64,000 nucleotides of DNA from a virus. Both the position numbers and the translations under genes were made by a program. The DNA is taken from IMG/VR virus record IMGVR_UViG_3300042894_002308, positions 32,001 to 96,000 of that record; one strand, 5' to 3'. How positions within the stretch are numbered: the first letter of the stretch is position 1; the number at the start of each line of letters is the position of its first letter. Of this stretch, positions 40,593-51,183 are shown piece after piece. The notes below the pieces were generated by a model, which saw only the letters and a list, made by a program, of their open reading frames with translations, had not been told where the DNA came from and made no database searches.

Positions 40593-43500
40593 TTATACTG
40601 AAGCATAATTTTGTCCACCGATAAAGCCTAGAAAAGAAACTCCATTATCTACCGTTACAAAGGAGAATACATCAACTTTTTGTACTCCAGCAGATCCTGA
40701 AGTTAATGTTGGAGCCACTCCACCAGCCCATCGTACTTTGGATCCCCATGTAACTGTAGATGTTGGAGTATTCATCTGCAATATTAAAGTAAACCCAATA
40801 GTACGATTAGCCACTTCTGTTGGAACATTTGTTACTACAAAATTTGTAATACTAGAAGTTAATGCCACAGTAAAGACTTGAGCTTTGGAAAGATCTAAAG
40901 TAAGTGTACCACTATCAATCGATACTGCTGCATATGGTTCATTATACCACTGCAATGTTGGTTGGTAAATTGTATTTTTATTAAAATCTGCTGTCAAACC
41001 ACCAAAACTAGCAGGACCGGTTGGTATAACCGTAAAGCTTTTGGTAAAATTCTGAACTTCAGTAAAATTCTGAACAACATTTAATTTAGCAACATTTGTA
41101 ATTGCACCAGTATCAGTATTGATACTCAATACACCGCTATTTGTAAATGTGAGAGTATTTCCTGTGCTAGTAATTGATAATCCAGCAGAACCAGTAAACC
41201 CAACATTACCTGTTATACCTGTAACAGTATTAACAATATTAATACCAGATATGCCACCAGATCCTACAGTTATTTTTGTTGCAGTAAGATTGGCAGTAGT
41301 TAAATTGGCAGCACATACTCCAATAGTACCAAATTGGTTTAATTCTCCAGTAATACCATGAAAGCCATCATTAACTCTTCTATTGTTTACAGAAACTAAA
41401 TCCAATTCATATCTTTGATAATCACTTTGTGATAATCTATTAATTAATGGAACATAATAAGAAGATCCATGAGAATTATTACTAAGGAATAATTTATTAT
41501 AAGCAGTACCAGAACCATATGCATGACTACTTAATAACGATCCACCAGTACATCCAGTACTTCCACCCTCAGTCCCATTTGTTATACCTGTATAAGGTGA
41601 TATCTTGGCAACATAATTATTTGTTATTGTTGTATAAACAGCAGTCTGTGATGGAGTAGAACTAACAGCACCATCGGTATTTGATGATCTTGTACCAATT
41701 TGTGCTAATCTTTGAGATTCACCTTTTCCTATAATTGAATTTCCGTCTGCAGTTATAAAGAGTGGTTGAGTTGCTGATGCACCTGCAAGTCCGGAAGATT
41801 GAGTGCCATCATTCTCGGCTACAGATATAACACCTCCTCTATATACTCCAATATTTGCAGGAACATTATTAATAATAATATTATCTCTAACTGTATAGTA
41901 TTTTGGTCTACCCATACTAATATCAGTATAGAATGCTATTGCACTAGAGCTGTCATAAGGAACATTTCTTGTAGCTGCTATTGGCAAACCATCATCTGTA
42001 AATGGACTTTTTCCATCAGTAGTAACATCAAAGTGGAATGTATTATTGCTAACATTTCCAACAGCAATTTGAGGATTTATATGGGGTGAACCTCTAGCAA
42101 TAGATCTAACATTGCAATAAATTTGATTGCCAGTTATTGTAGATTCATCTCCTTGAATTTTTATTGAACGACCTTGGCAATTTGTAAATTTATTATTTGC
42201 TACAATACTACTTGCTGGAATAGTATTTGCACCATAAGTTCGTCCACCAAATAATACTACTCCATCTGCATCAGAGTTTCTATCAACATTTCCACCAGAA
42301 GTTCCTGTTAAAATATTTTCAAATACATTATTTGTTACATTAACCCATTCTGCGTATGTGATTTCTAAACCTCGGTTTGTCACAACAAAGGCTTGACAAC
42401 CACCACCAGTTATTCCAAGTGAAGATCTTAGTATATTTTTAAATAATGAATTTGTTACTGTAACACTTTTAAATCCACCCTCAATATAACATCCAAGACT
42501 TGCAGTTAAGGTAGAATCAGGTGCAAAAGTATTAAGAAACTGACAATTATTAATAAAAATTCGTGCGGTTGATTGAGAAGCAGAATAAGATTGAAAAATT
42601 CTAGAATTTGTATTATTTGCATCAAAAATTATATTTTCTAGATGAATATAATTGGTATCTCCATTTAATGTCAACATCCCAGCACCAGTAGCACCACCAT
42701 ATTTTATAGTGGCATTATCTCCTAAAAGTTTAATATCTTTACTAACAGGTTCAAAACCAAGTGCTGCATTTATTTTATATGTTCCATATGGAAAATATAT
42801 TGTTCCAGAAGAAATACCGGTAAATCCAAAGATAGCACCTAATGCTGTTTGAATAGCAGCTCTATCGTCTGTAACACCGTCACCAATTGCACCAAAGTCC
42901 TTAACAGAAAATACATCTTTCAATTTACTATCTATTGTACGAGCTACTGCGCCACTACCAGATTGTGTAAAGCAAAGACCAGATAGAGTTACATTACCAG
43001 TGGCTCCTGTATTACCAGTGGTACCAGGAGAACCAGTAGAACCTTGCAATCCTTGAGGACCAGCTTGCCCAATTGCTCCTGCAAGATTGATATCCCAATT
43101 ACTAAAATTTCCTGCACCAGAAACACCAGTAACTGTTAAACTTAATGTAACACCAGAATAGTTTACCATGGTGGCATTAAAATATTGAGTAACTGTAGCT
43201 GCTATTAATAAACTTTGAACTTTACTATAAGCTAAACCAGAAGGAACTGTTAACGTTACTCCACTTCCAGCCGTTAAGGATCCTAATGTAATTGAGGTAA
43301 TAGAAGTTGTTCTATATACATCTCCAGTATTTCCTGTAGGTCCTTGTAATCCAGTTGCACCTGTATTTCCTTGTGGTCCTGTAGCACCGGTATTTCCTTG
43401 AGGACCAGGAGCCGTTGAACCTGCACCCGTAGCACCAGTATTTCCTTGTGGTCCAGTAGCACCGGTATTTCCTTGTGATCCAGTAGGACCAGGAGCAGTA

Positions 43501-44819
43501 GAACCTGCACCAGTAGCACCAGTATTACCTTGTTGTCCAGTAGCACCAGTATTACCTTGAGGACCAGCAGGACCTGTAGGACCAGTTGAACCAACTCCAC
43601 CAATAGAAGATATTGTAATATTTTTACCAGATAAAGTTATACCAACATTGGAACCGGCAACTAAAGTAAGATCACCAGTAAGACCATTAAGTGATGATAC
43701 CCCACTAGTAATACCACCCGTAGAAGTAATAATTACACTATTTCCACTAATACCTAGTGTGACATTTTCACCGCCAATAAAATCTATAGATCCAGTAATA
43801 CCATTGATACTACGTACAACAGTTCCTTGATAACTTCCACTAATACCAATATTACCATTAATATATACTAAACCACCACTTGGTGTTAGAATCATATTTC
43901 CAGCTGATGAAAGATCTAACGTAGCATTTGTAAGAGCACCATCAGTAACATCGTTGTAAATAAGCTTTAGAATTTTTCCATCACTTTTATTAACTTCTAT
44001 CGCATGGGTTCTAGCTAAAACACTATTTCTATTAATCACAAGATTGGTATCAGGAGAAAGTGGATTTTGGTTTCGGATCTTAACCATATTAGAACTAGTT
44101 GATCCCAATACTTCTAAAACCGTTCCATAATTATTAGATTCTACATCACCCAATTGAACAAGACTACGATCTTGAAAGAATATTCCATCTTGTGCTCTAA
44201 AGTAAAAGAAACTAGTTGCAGACAACTCCGCTCCGCTTAGTTCTACTTCAAAACTTCCACTACCTACTAATACTGAATTAAGAGATAATTGTGATGGGTT
44301 AGGAGTATATCTAAGAGGAGAGAGTCCTCCATCAATTTTTAATGCTTGGTTACCACATCCACCAGCAAATACAAGATATTGTACATCTTCAGTATTGGTT
44401 GTAGTGAGAGCCATCTGTGTAGCAATACCATCATCTGCAGGAATAGTATCGTAAATAATTGTACCAACATTAGACGTATTACCATTAACAGCCGTACCGC
44501 TAACTTGAATAAATGTTATTTGATTACCAGAATATGCCGTAACTGTTCCGTAAATATAATTTCCAATATCTGAAAAACTTACTTTTATTGTATGCCCAAC
44601 AGATATTGCATTAGCATTTGCTGCTAGATTAACAGTTACTGTACTGCTAGTACCATAATTTACGGTAATAGAACCTGTAAAATTTAATAAAAAGAAACCT
44701 TGACCTGTATTACCTTGTGGACCAGCAGGTCCAGTTGATCCGGGTACTCCAGGAGCACCTTCAACAGCATACGGTGTTGGATATATAGTTACTTGAACTG
44801 TTTTGCTTGGATTTGCCAT
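40593..44819 (-). CDS. Collagen fibre fused to a pectate-lyase-3-like beta-helix tailspike (candidate depolymerase)
   Basis: [42 protein letters not shown]...YFPYGTY followed by beta-helix repeats; C-terminal [18 protein letters not shown] domain. Confidence 0.85.
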   Translation of the reverse strand: MANPSKTVQVTIYPTPYAVEGAPGVPGSTGPAGPQGNTGQGFFLLNFTGSITVNYGTSSTVTVNLAANANAISVGHTIKVSFSDIGNYIYGTVTAYSGNQITFIQVSGTAVNGNTSNVGTIIYDTIPADDGIATQMALTTTNTEDVQYLVFAGGCGNQALKIDGGLSPLRYTPNPSQLSLNSVLVGSGSFEVELSGAELSATSFFYFRAQDGIFFQDRSLVQLGDVESNNYGTVLEVLGSTSSNMVKIRNQNPLSPDTNLVINRNSVLARTHAIEVNKSDGKILKLIYNDVTDGALTNATLDLSSAGNMILTPSGGLVYINGNIGISGSYQGTVVRSINGITGSIDFIGGENVTLGISGNSVIITSTGGITSGVSSLNGLTGDLTLVAGSNVGITLSGKNITISSIGGVGSTGPTGPAGPQGNTGATGQQGNTGATGAGSTAPGPTGSQGNTGATGPQGNTGATGAGSTAPGPQGNTGATGPQGNTGATGLQGPTGNTGDVYRTTSITSITLGSLTAGSGVTLTVPSGLAYSKVQSLLIAATVTQYFNATMVNYSGVTLSLTVTGVSGAGNFSNWDINLAGAIGQAGPQGLQGSTGSPGTTGNTGATGNVTLSGLCFTQSGSGAVARTIDSKLKDVFSVKDFGAIGDGVTDDRAAIQTALGAIFGFTGISSGTIYFPYGTYKINAALGFEPVSKDIKLLGDNATIKYGGATGAGMLTLNGDTNYIHLENIIFDANNTNSRIFQSYSASQSTARIFINNCQFLNTFAPDSTLTASLGCYIEGGFKSVTVTNSLFKNILRSSLGITGGGCQAFVVTNRGLEITYAEWVNVTNNVFENILTGTSGGNVDRNSDADGVVLFGGRTYGANTIPASSIVANNKFTNCQGRSIKIQGDESTITGNQIYCNVRSIARGSPHINPQIAVGNVSNNTFHFDVTTDGKSPFTDDGLPIAATRNVPYDSSSAIAFYTDISMGRPKYYTVRDNIIINNVPANIGVYRGGVISVAENDGTQSSGLAGASATQPLFITADGNSIIGKGESQRLAQIGTRSSNTDGAVSSTPSQTAVYTTITNNYVAKISPYTGITNGTEGGSTGCTGGSLLSSHAYGSGTAYNKLFLSNNSHGSSYYVPLINRLSQSDYQRYELDLVSVNNRRVNDGFHGITGELNQFGTIGVCAANLTTANLTATKITVGSGGISGINIVNTVTGITGNVGFTGSAGLSITSTGNTLTFTNSGVLSINTDTGAITNVAKLNVVQNFTEVQNFTKSFTVIPTGPASFGGLTADFNKNTIYQPTLQWYNEPYAAVSIDSGTLTLDLSKAQVFTVALTSSITNFVVTNVPTEVANRTIGFTLILQMNTPTSTVTWGSKVRWAGGVAPTLTSGSAGVQKVDVFSFVTVDNGVSFLGFIGGQNYASV

Positions 44820-44820
44820 A

Positions 44821-45219
44821 TTAGGAATTTGCAGTTACATCAGGAAGAGTTTCAATTTTTCCTCGTAATAGAGTTATTATACCACCATTATTTGGATATT
44901 GAAGTTGCATATCATAGAAGGAGGGAGTATATTCTGAAAAACTTTTAGTATATTGCGATCCAATAGTAATATAAACCAATCCACCTGTAGCACTTGCTGC
45001 TAGCCCACCAGTTACCCCATCAACTGGAATAACTGAAGATCCAACAGGAACTCCAAGTACATATGACACTAATAGACCACTTGGGTGATAACTTTTTCTA
45101 ACTTGCATCGATAAGGTAGCTCCACCCAAATTAAAGGTGTTTCCTGCTGCATTCGCAAGATTCATTACCCAAGTTAAAGTATCACCTTTTACAACAACTG
45201 GATTAAAGTTATCTGACAT
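44821..45219 (-). CDS. BppU-N-like fibre/baseplate adaptor
   Basis: KGDT...[13 protein letters not shown]...YDMQL...LLRGKI...PDVT; TCTAAATA at 45276-45283 and GGAG SD. Confidence 0.6.
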   Translation of the reverse strand: MSDNFNPVVVKGDTLTWVMNLANAAGNTFNLGGATLSMQVRKSYHPSGLLVSYVLGVPVGSSVIPVDGVTGGLAASATGGLVYITIGSQYTKSFSEYTPSFYDMQLQYPNNGGIITLLRGKIETLPDVTANS

Positions 45220-45297
45220 TAATAGGATTCTCCAAAGAATAATAGCCCTATTAAAGGCTATTATAGATTCTCCTATATTTAGAAGCTTTGAAGATTA

Positions 45298-46521
45298 TCA
45301 GAGTTTAACGGTAGCTGCTGTAGGATTCATTACAAGTGTGGTTTTATTAGTTGCTTTAGCAACTTTTTCTGCCCACTCTTTGCTTTGATTTGCAAGAGCT
45401 TCTTGCATTTTTTGCATACCTTGCCCATAAATTTTATAATTATTGGCAATTCTTTCTCTATGTTCCTGTGGTAGGTGTGGTTCCTTTAGCAATTTTTCAC
45501 AAGTTGCAATACCAATTTCTGGTCTTCCAGTGTAATATGCAGTTGTGGCAATTTCATCAAAAATTCCCCATGCATAATTTGCCTTATCAACAAACAAAAT
45601 ATCATTTTCTGGAATAGGAATGCTGAGACCCAATGAAGCCACCAAGAATGCATTTCTTGGTCTATTATACTTGCGGTAGATACAAGAAAGGTGGTATAGT
45701 GGTTCTACTCTATTAGGAGCAGTCTCAAATGCCATCATAAAGGCATCTGCGATTTCATGAACAGGCTTACCTTGAAATTCACGACACATACCTACTCGCA
45801 TCCAAGAAAAGAATACTTCTTCGTGCCAAGATTCTAGTTTGATTCGTGCCATGTATTCAACTTCTGCAACATCATACATTCGTGCATCAAATGCTGATTG
45901 AGCAGCATAAAATTGTTTACGAGGTTGATTTGGATCTTTTTCAAGGTATGACTTAAGAATATGATAATCTTTAGTATACTTTTCGATGTCATTGGCAACG
46001 GCTCGTGAACGACAACCTTCAGTACGAACTTCCCATCCGTAATTACCTTCAAGCTTTTTGACATTCATGGGCTGTTCGCACATTGCATATTCATGCAATG
46101 GTTCTTCGTACCACCACTTCTTTTTGGCAACATTGAAAACCTGTGCACGAAGCCACTGAAACTCGCCTCGTTTGATCTGCACAACATAACCATCCAATTC
46201 ATCATCAAAAGATGCTACTGGTAATTCTCCAACAAGAAAATCATCAGCATCAATCATCATAACCCACTTGGTTTTTCCCATGCACGCTTCTAATGCTTTT
46301 GATCGATTAGTTCCGAAATCAGACCATTCGTGATCTAAAATTTCACCAGGAATTCCCTTTTCATCAAAGAACTTTTTAATTATTTCTTTTGTGTTATCTG
46401 TTGAACCTGTATCACAAATAACATAATAATTAATAAATGGTGCGCATGAAGCCAAACATCTTTCGATATTTGGTGCTTCGTCCTTAACAATCATAGATAG
46501 TGTCAAATTATACATAGTCAT
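45298..46521 (-). CDS. GT2 glycosyltransferase with TPR C-terminus (SunS/SgtA-like protein glycosyltransferase)
   Basis: LSMIVKDE..NIERCL.S, DTGSTDNT, DFGTNRS.AL, DADD (DxD) and LHE; TPR-like helices (PRKQFYAAQS, PNRVEPLY). Confidence 0.85.
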   Translation of the reverse strand: MTMYNLTLSMIVKDEAPNIERCLASCAPFINYYVICDTGSTDNTKEIIKKFFDEKGIPGEILDHEWSDFGTNRSKALEACMGKTKWVMMIDADDFLVGELPVASFDDELDGYVVQIKRGEFQWLRAQVFNVAKKKWWYEEPLHEYAMCEQPMNVKKLEGNYGWEVRTEGCRSRAVANDIEKYTKDYHILKSYLEKDPNQPRKQFYAAQSAFDARMYDVAEVEYMARIKLESWHEEVFFSWMRVGMCREFQGKPVHEIADAFMMAFETAPNRVEPLYHLSCIYRKYNRPRNAFLVASLGLSIPIPENDILFVDKANYAWGIFDEIATTAYYTGRPEIGIATCEKLLKEPHLPQEHRERIANNYKIYGQGMQKMQEALANQSKEWAEKVAKATNKTTLVMNPTAATVKL

Positions 46522-46523
46522 CC

Positions 46524-46949
46524 TTATGAATTAAAAAATTTACGTAACGATCCGGTATTAAATTTAGGAACTAATTCCCAATTTTGTTTTTCTGTATGTT
46601 TTATTACTTTTAAACCATTGATTGGCATACTGTCTTTCACTTTATCTTTATCAATAATTTCTAGTAGTTCCCATTCTTCTAGTAATTTTACTATCGCATT
46701 TCTTCTTTTCAAATCTTCTTCAGATACATTTGAAGGAAGACCATCTAATGCAAACAATTCTTTAAAGTGGGCAATTATATAAACTTCATCTTTATGAATT
46801 AAATGGCATGATTGATAAAGAACATTTTTTCCTTTTGGTGATACACCAATACGAGAAAGAGTTTCACGTATAACCATGAAATCTTCTTCATCTAAAAGAT
46901 TAATATGAATGCCAATATTTTTAAATGTTTTATCAGATAGATCAGACAT
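46524..46949 (-). CDS. regA: Translational repressor RegA
   Basis: Motifs RETLSRIG, LYQSCHLIHK, HFKELFALDG and RRNAI. Confidence 0.95.
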   Translation of the reverse strand: MSDLSDKTFKNIGIHINLLDEEDFMVIRETLSRIGVSPKGKNVLYQSCHLIHKDEVYIIAHFKELFALDGLPSNVSEEDLKRRNAIVKLLEEWELLEIIDKDKVKDSMPINGLKVIKHTEKQNWELVPKFNTGSLRKFFNS

Positions 46950-46966
46950 AACAAATCCTTACTAAA

Positions 46967-47347
46967 TTACCTCACACCACCAGTATCAAGGGCTTTGCGT
47001 ATTTCTTGCAAATCCTCAGTACTCAGTATATTTAGTACTTCCCTAGCCTTGGATTCTGTGTAACCATATGCCTGCTTTATTAGAGTTACATTCTCTTCGG
47101 TATCTTTACGCAACCAAGGAGAAAACCGCTTCTTTTTACGCACAGCAAGTCTATAAAAATCAAATTGACTCTTGTTGTCTAACCAAGGAGAACAATTCAT
47201 CTCGTTAGCATGAAATAAGGTATCTGCAAAATAAGACAAACACCGATTGACTACAAACGGTGTATATGCCTTGACTGCACCCTCATCTGTATCAAGTAGA
47301 GGCTTCTTGTCATGGTTTATGCTAGATAGAAAGTCTTTTAGTTGCAT
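46967..47347 (-). CDS. Clamp loader small subunit (gp62)
   Basis: Motifs PFVVNRCLS, ANEMN and RKKKRFSPW; synteny. Confidence 0.92.
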   Translation of the reverse strand: MQLKDFLSSINHDKKPLLDTDEGAVKAYTPFVVNRCLSYFADTLFHANEMNCSPWLDNKSQFDFYRLAVRKKKRFSPWLRKDTEENVTLIKQAYGYTESKAREVLNILSTEDLQEIRKALDTGGVR

Positions 47348-48291
47348 CAGTTAAACTCGCAGTCCATCATAAGTTGAACAATCAATGCCATTGTATTAAT
47401 TTCTTGGTCTGCTGCAAATGCAGACTTATATTGATACTCAGCAATAATAAGAATAGCCTGTGGTATAGAAGGGTTTTTAAGAGATGTATATAGTTCCGTA
47501 TATAGACGCTTATAAAAATCCGATGTATTCAGATCTAGATTCTGTACCACCCACTTACGGCATGATACAAAATCCTTATTCTTCATAAATCCTAGAAGTT
47601 CCTTGTAGGACTCACTGCTACCCTGACCAAGAACTCCGATATCAATACTACCTGCCGATGCATATCTCTGTAGTTCATTGATAATACGGCGAAGATCAGG
47701 AAAATGCTTCTTGACAAGATTGACAATTACTGTCTTTTCATATGGAATCTTCTCTTGTGCAAGAATATATTCCACACGCTTCATCATTGCAGATGCAACA
47801 GTAGCCTTCTCAGCAGTGGGAACTGTAAAATCAATACCGGTGCAACGAGAGTGCAATGGCTCAATGATACGATTCTTGTAGTTGCAAGTCATGATGAATC
47901 TGCAGTTTTTTGCAAATTCTTCAATGGCTCCACGAAGAGCAGGTTGAATTGATTGTGCATTTGCATAATCAAACTCATCTAAAATTACAACCTTGAGATT
48001 TCCACTTAGGGAAACCGTTGAGGCATAATTACGAATCTTCGTGCGTAGTGTATCAATACCGTTCTCTTCAGAACAGTTAATAATAATACTTTCGGCACCG
48101 ATGTCATTGGCAAGAGCACGGGCTACGGTTGTCTTTCCCGTACCCGCCTTGCCGTAGAGCATCATATTAGGAATTGTACCTTCCTTGATCATACCATTAA
48201 AAATAGTGGTAAGATCAATAGGAAGAATACAATCAGATAATGACTTGGGTCGATATTTTTCAACCCAGAGCAAACTATTAATATCAGACAC
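47347..48291 (-). CDS. Clamp loader large subunit (gp44)
   Basis: Motifs WVEKYRP, GTGKTT, ILDEFD and LHSRC. Confidence 0.95.
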   Translation of the reverse strand: MSDINSLLWVEKYRPKSLSDCILPIDLTTIFNGMIKEGTIPNMMLYGKAGTGKTTVARALANDIGAESIIINCSEENGIDTLRTKIRNYASTVSLSGNLKVVILDEFDYANAQSIQPALRGAIEEFAKNCRFIMTCNYKNRIIEPLHSRCTGIDFTVPTAEKATVASAMMKRVEYILAQEKIPYEKTVIVNLVKKHFPDLRRIINELQRYASAGSIDIGVLGQGSSESYKELLGFMKNKDFVSCRKWVVQNLDLNTSDFYKRLYTELYTSLKNPSIPQAILIIAEYQYKSAFAADQEINTMALIVQLMMDCEFN

Positions 48292-48293
48292 AA

Positions 48294-48965
48294 TTAACCC
48301 CGCTTGATAGCGATGTAGTAAGCAAGTTCCAGACTCTTATGAGTAAACTTAGAGATAATAGTATCACTTAATTCCACAGTGTATGAACCGGGAATAAACT
48401 TAATCTCAGATACATTCAAAGTACCTTCAAAATCTTTTCCAGTATAATTTTCATCAAGAATGATTTCAAAACTATTGGTTGTACTTTGGCTAGAATCGTC
48501 AACCATAATACGAAATGAACCATCTTTACCCATCATACGAAGATCACTTACCTGTAGAATACTTGCTGCCTTCAAAATTTCATTTAGATCCTTTTCATCA
48601 AGATCAAACTTGATGGTGGTCTTTGGCATCTTCAGTTCTCTAGTAGGAACCGTTAGGAGGCTTGGTTCTGAGTAATAGTATGTAACACTTGACCTACCAT
48701 TAGAAATCACTACATGGGTATCGTAGAACTCTAAATCGGGGTTTGAGAACATGCTTACAATACCCAAAAACTTGTTCAAATCCCAAATAGGAACATCAAC
48801 ATCAAAGTCTTCTGATATAGTAGCCTCAACGTAAATATTCTTACCAGGAGAGATAGTCTTTAGGACGTTTCCTGGTGAAATAAGAATATTTGAATTGATT
48901 GATGCAAAATTCTTGAGAATGTTATAGGTGTCTTTTGATAGACGCATTTTTGTCACAGTTTCCAT
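48294..48965 (-). CDS. Sliding clamp (gp45)
   Basis: Motifs LKNFASINSNI and IWDLNKFL; synteny. Confidence 0.93.
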   Translation of the reverse strand: METVTKMRLSKDTYNILKNFASINSNILISPGNVLKTISPGKNIYVEATISEDFDVDVPIWDLNKFLGIVSMFSNPDLEFYDTHVVISNGRSSVTYYYSEPSLLTVPTRELKMPKTTIKFDLDEKDLNEILKAASILQVSDLRMMGKDGSFRIMVDDSSQSTTNSFEIILDENYTGKDFEGTLNVSEIKFIPGSYTVELSDTIISKFTHKSLELAYYIAIKRG

Positions 48966-48984
48966 ATATAAATCTTTCTAAAAA

Positions 48985-49137
48985 TTAATCACGTTCTTTA
49001 CGATAAACGATATCGTTAAGTTGCTGCTTCTGTTCGTGGCGATCACCACGCTTACTTCTCTTCTGTTGCTTCTTGCCTAAACCTGATGGCTTATTCTTGC
49101 CTCGGTTACTAAACTTCTGAAAACTTTCCTCGTTCAT
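48985..49137 (-). CDS. Small basic 50-aa protein (below the ORF-track cut-off)
   Basis: Manual translation MNEESFQKFSNRGKNKPSGLGKKQQKRSKRGDRHEQKQQLNDIVYRKERD*; has its own promoter. Confidence 0.7.
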   Translation of the reverse strand: MNEESFQKFSNRGKNKPSGLGKKQQKRSKRGDRHEQKQQLNDIVYRKERD

Positions 49138-49143
49138 AGCCCT

Positions 49144-49171
49144 AGTATATCTCCTGTATTGAAATAGTCAA
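49144..49171 (-). promoter_or_regulatory. sigma70-like promoter TTGACT-N16-TATACT, 6 nt before ATG 49137
   Basis: Motif match; upstream of the gp45-44-62-regA-GT2 operon. Confidence 0.75.
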
Positions 49172-49452
49172 ATCTGAATCCATTGAAATCCTGTAGGATC
49201 TTTATACCAAATATATAATATACCTGTATCAGCCATCCACAATTGATTTTCTGATGGTTTTATAGGAGGAACAGAACTTTTAAAAGTTTCTGTTATTCCA
49301 GTGAGAGACCAACTATTTGGTTCTTGTAGTGGACTTGATATTGTTGTTGTTTTGCAAATGTATGCTCTTCCTTGATTTATAACAACATCACCTATATTGT
49401 AGGTCAGGGATGAGCCATTTGCAGATTTAAATTTAAACTCGCCTCTAAACAT
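49168..49452 (-). CDS. Small late fibre-module protein (CBM5/12-like plus WxxxDTG..Y module)
   Basis: YNIGDVV..QGRAYIC and LWMADTGILYIWY..QWIQ; TCTAAATA at 49459-49466. Confidence 0.65.
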   Translation of the reverse strand: MFRGEFKFKSANGSSLTYNIGDVVINQGRAYICKTTTISSPLQEPNSWSLTGITETFKSSVPPIKPSENQLWMADTGILYIWYKDPTGFQWIQI

Positions 49453-49461
49453 TTAAAATAT

Positions 49462-51183
49462 TTAGATATTTGTCTTTATCTTTGAAAAGTTATTTTTCTT
49501 TTCAAATTGCATACTTTGATCAAATTTATCTACCAATTGATCTGCCTTGTGACTAATGATATAGATAGAGCATTTGTTGGTCATCTTATTTAAAATTTTC
49601 ATAAAGGCTTCAGTACCAGCAGCATCAAGAGATGAGTCTAAAATCTCATCAAAGATTAATAGGTTGCAGTTAAGACTATTTTTCATTCGTGCAACTTCAC
49701 GCCAAGTCAATAGAATTGCCAAGTCAATACGTTGTTTCTCTCCCTCAGAGAAAGAGGAATATGAGAATGCATCTCGGTATCGTGACTTAATTGTTTCCTT
49801 GAACTCTTCATCGATGGTGAAGTCAACATAGAGATTAAGCTTTCCGAGGAACTTGTTAACGAGTCCATTGATGATGGGAACATAGTGTGCAATAATGCGA
49901 CTTTTAAGACCGCCATCTTTGAGTATATCATAGACAATATCATGATGTATTTGTTTTGTAATCAGTGCGTCCAATTGACTAGTAGCATTTTTTTTCTCTA
50001 GTTCTGCATCTTTAATTTTTTGTAATAGTGTAGTCTCACTCTCATTAACCAATTTTTTATTCTTTTCTTTTTTCATAAAACTAAGAGAAGATTGATTACT
50101 AATAATCTGATATGAGATATCATTATTATCGGACTGATGTTTTTGTTTGAGTGTCTTTAGTTCTTCTATTTCAGTTTGAAGTTCTAAAAGTTCTGCATTT
50201 TTCTTTTTGGCAATAATAATTGCTTTACGGCAATCTTCCAACTTAGATTCTTTATCTTGAATATGTTTTTCTTTTTGAAACTTAGGTAGATTCTGACCAC
50301 AACACTTACATAAGGCAGTTTCCTTAAGAGACATAATCTCTTCAACCAAAGTTGTTTCTAATACCTCTGCCTTGGTTAACATAGCAGGAACATCTTTTAG
50401 AGCACTCAGGCTTGTCAACTTCTTGGTAAGTTTAGCAGATACATCTTTCAGATTCTTTTCATGTTTTTCCTGAAGTATAGTATCATCTGAAATCTTAGTT
50501 GTATAATCTTGAATAGATGCTTCAATAGACTTAATCTCTTCTACCGCTGTAGTTTGTATTGTTTCTAATACTTCTTTTTGAGACTTAATCTTTTCATGTA
50601 CAATCTTTAACATACTTTCTTGTTCACCAAGAGACATTTTAAGACTTGATAGTTGTCCCTTAACATACAGATTCATGTCAGCAAGAATATCAAGATTGAG
50701 AAGACCTTCAATGATCTTACGTCTTTCAGCAGGAGTTAATTGCATGAAAGGAACAAAGTTAGATTTACCAAGAATAACTACCTGCTTGAATGCTGCGTAA
50801 TCAAAACCAAGAATATTTTCTTCAAACATTTCTTGGTAGTCTTTAGTCTTTGCATTTTGGTCAAGCATTTCTCCATCTTTATAAATCTCAAAAAGTTTGG
50901 GTGCAAGACCACGACGAACTAGAAAATGACAATTGGATTTCTTAAATTCAATTTCGACAACACAATGTTTAGCATTAACTGTATTAACTAGTTGTGGAAT
51001 ATTAATTGGTCTAAATGGTTTGCCAAACAAACCAAAGCACAGAGAGTCTAATAAAGCAAAAGACTTTCCGTTTCCATTAGTACCTGTGACTAAAGTGGTT
51101 TTATAATTGTCGAGTTTGATCTCAGAAAAATTATTACCAAAGGAACCAAAGTTTTTAAAACGAACTGTTAGAAAATCTATCAA
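49462..51183 (-). CDS. Rad50/SbcC-like recombination ATPase (gp46)
   Basis: GTNGNGKS, central Cys hook (CKCCGQ), FSEGEKQRIDLA and LIFDE. Confidence 0.96.
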   Translation of the reverse strand: MIDFLTVRFKNFGSFGNNFSEIKLDNYKTTLVTGTNGNGKSFALLDSLCFGLFGKPFRPINIPQLVNTVNAKHCVVEIEFKKSNCHFLVRRGLAPKLFEIYKDGEMLDQNAKTKDYQEMFEENILGFDYAAFKQVVILGKSNFVPFMQLTPAERRKIIEGLLNLDILADMNLYVKGQLSSLKMSLGEQESMLKIVHEKIKSQKEVLETIQTTAVEEIKSIEASIQDYTTKISDDTILQEKHEKNLKDVSAKLTKKLTSLSALKDVPAMLTKAEVLETTLVEEIMSLKETALCKCCGQNLPKFQKEKHIQDKESKLEDCRKAIIIAKKKNAELLELQTEIEELKTLKQKHQSDNNDISYQIISNQSSLSFMKKEKNKKLVNESETTLLQKIKDAELEKKNATSQLDALITKQIHHDIVYDILKDGGLKSRIIAHYVPIINGLVNKFLGKLNLYVDFTIDEEFKETIKSRYRDAFSYSSFSEGEKQRIDLAILLTWREVARMKNSLNCNLLIFDEILDSSLDAAGTEAFMKILNKMTNKCSIYIISHKADQLVDKFDQSMQFEKKNNFSKIKTNI

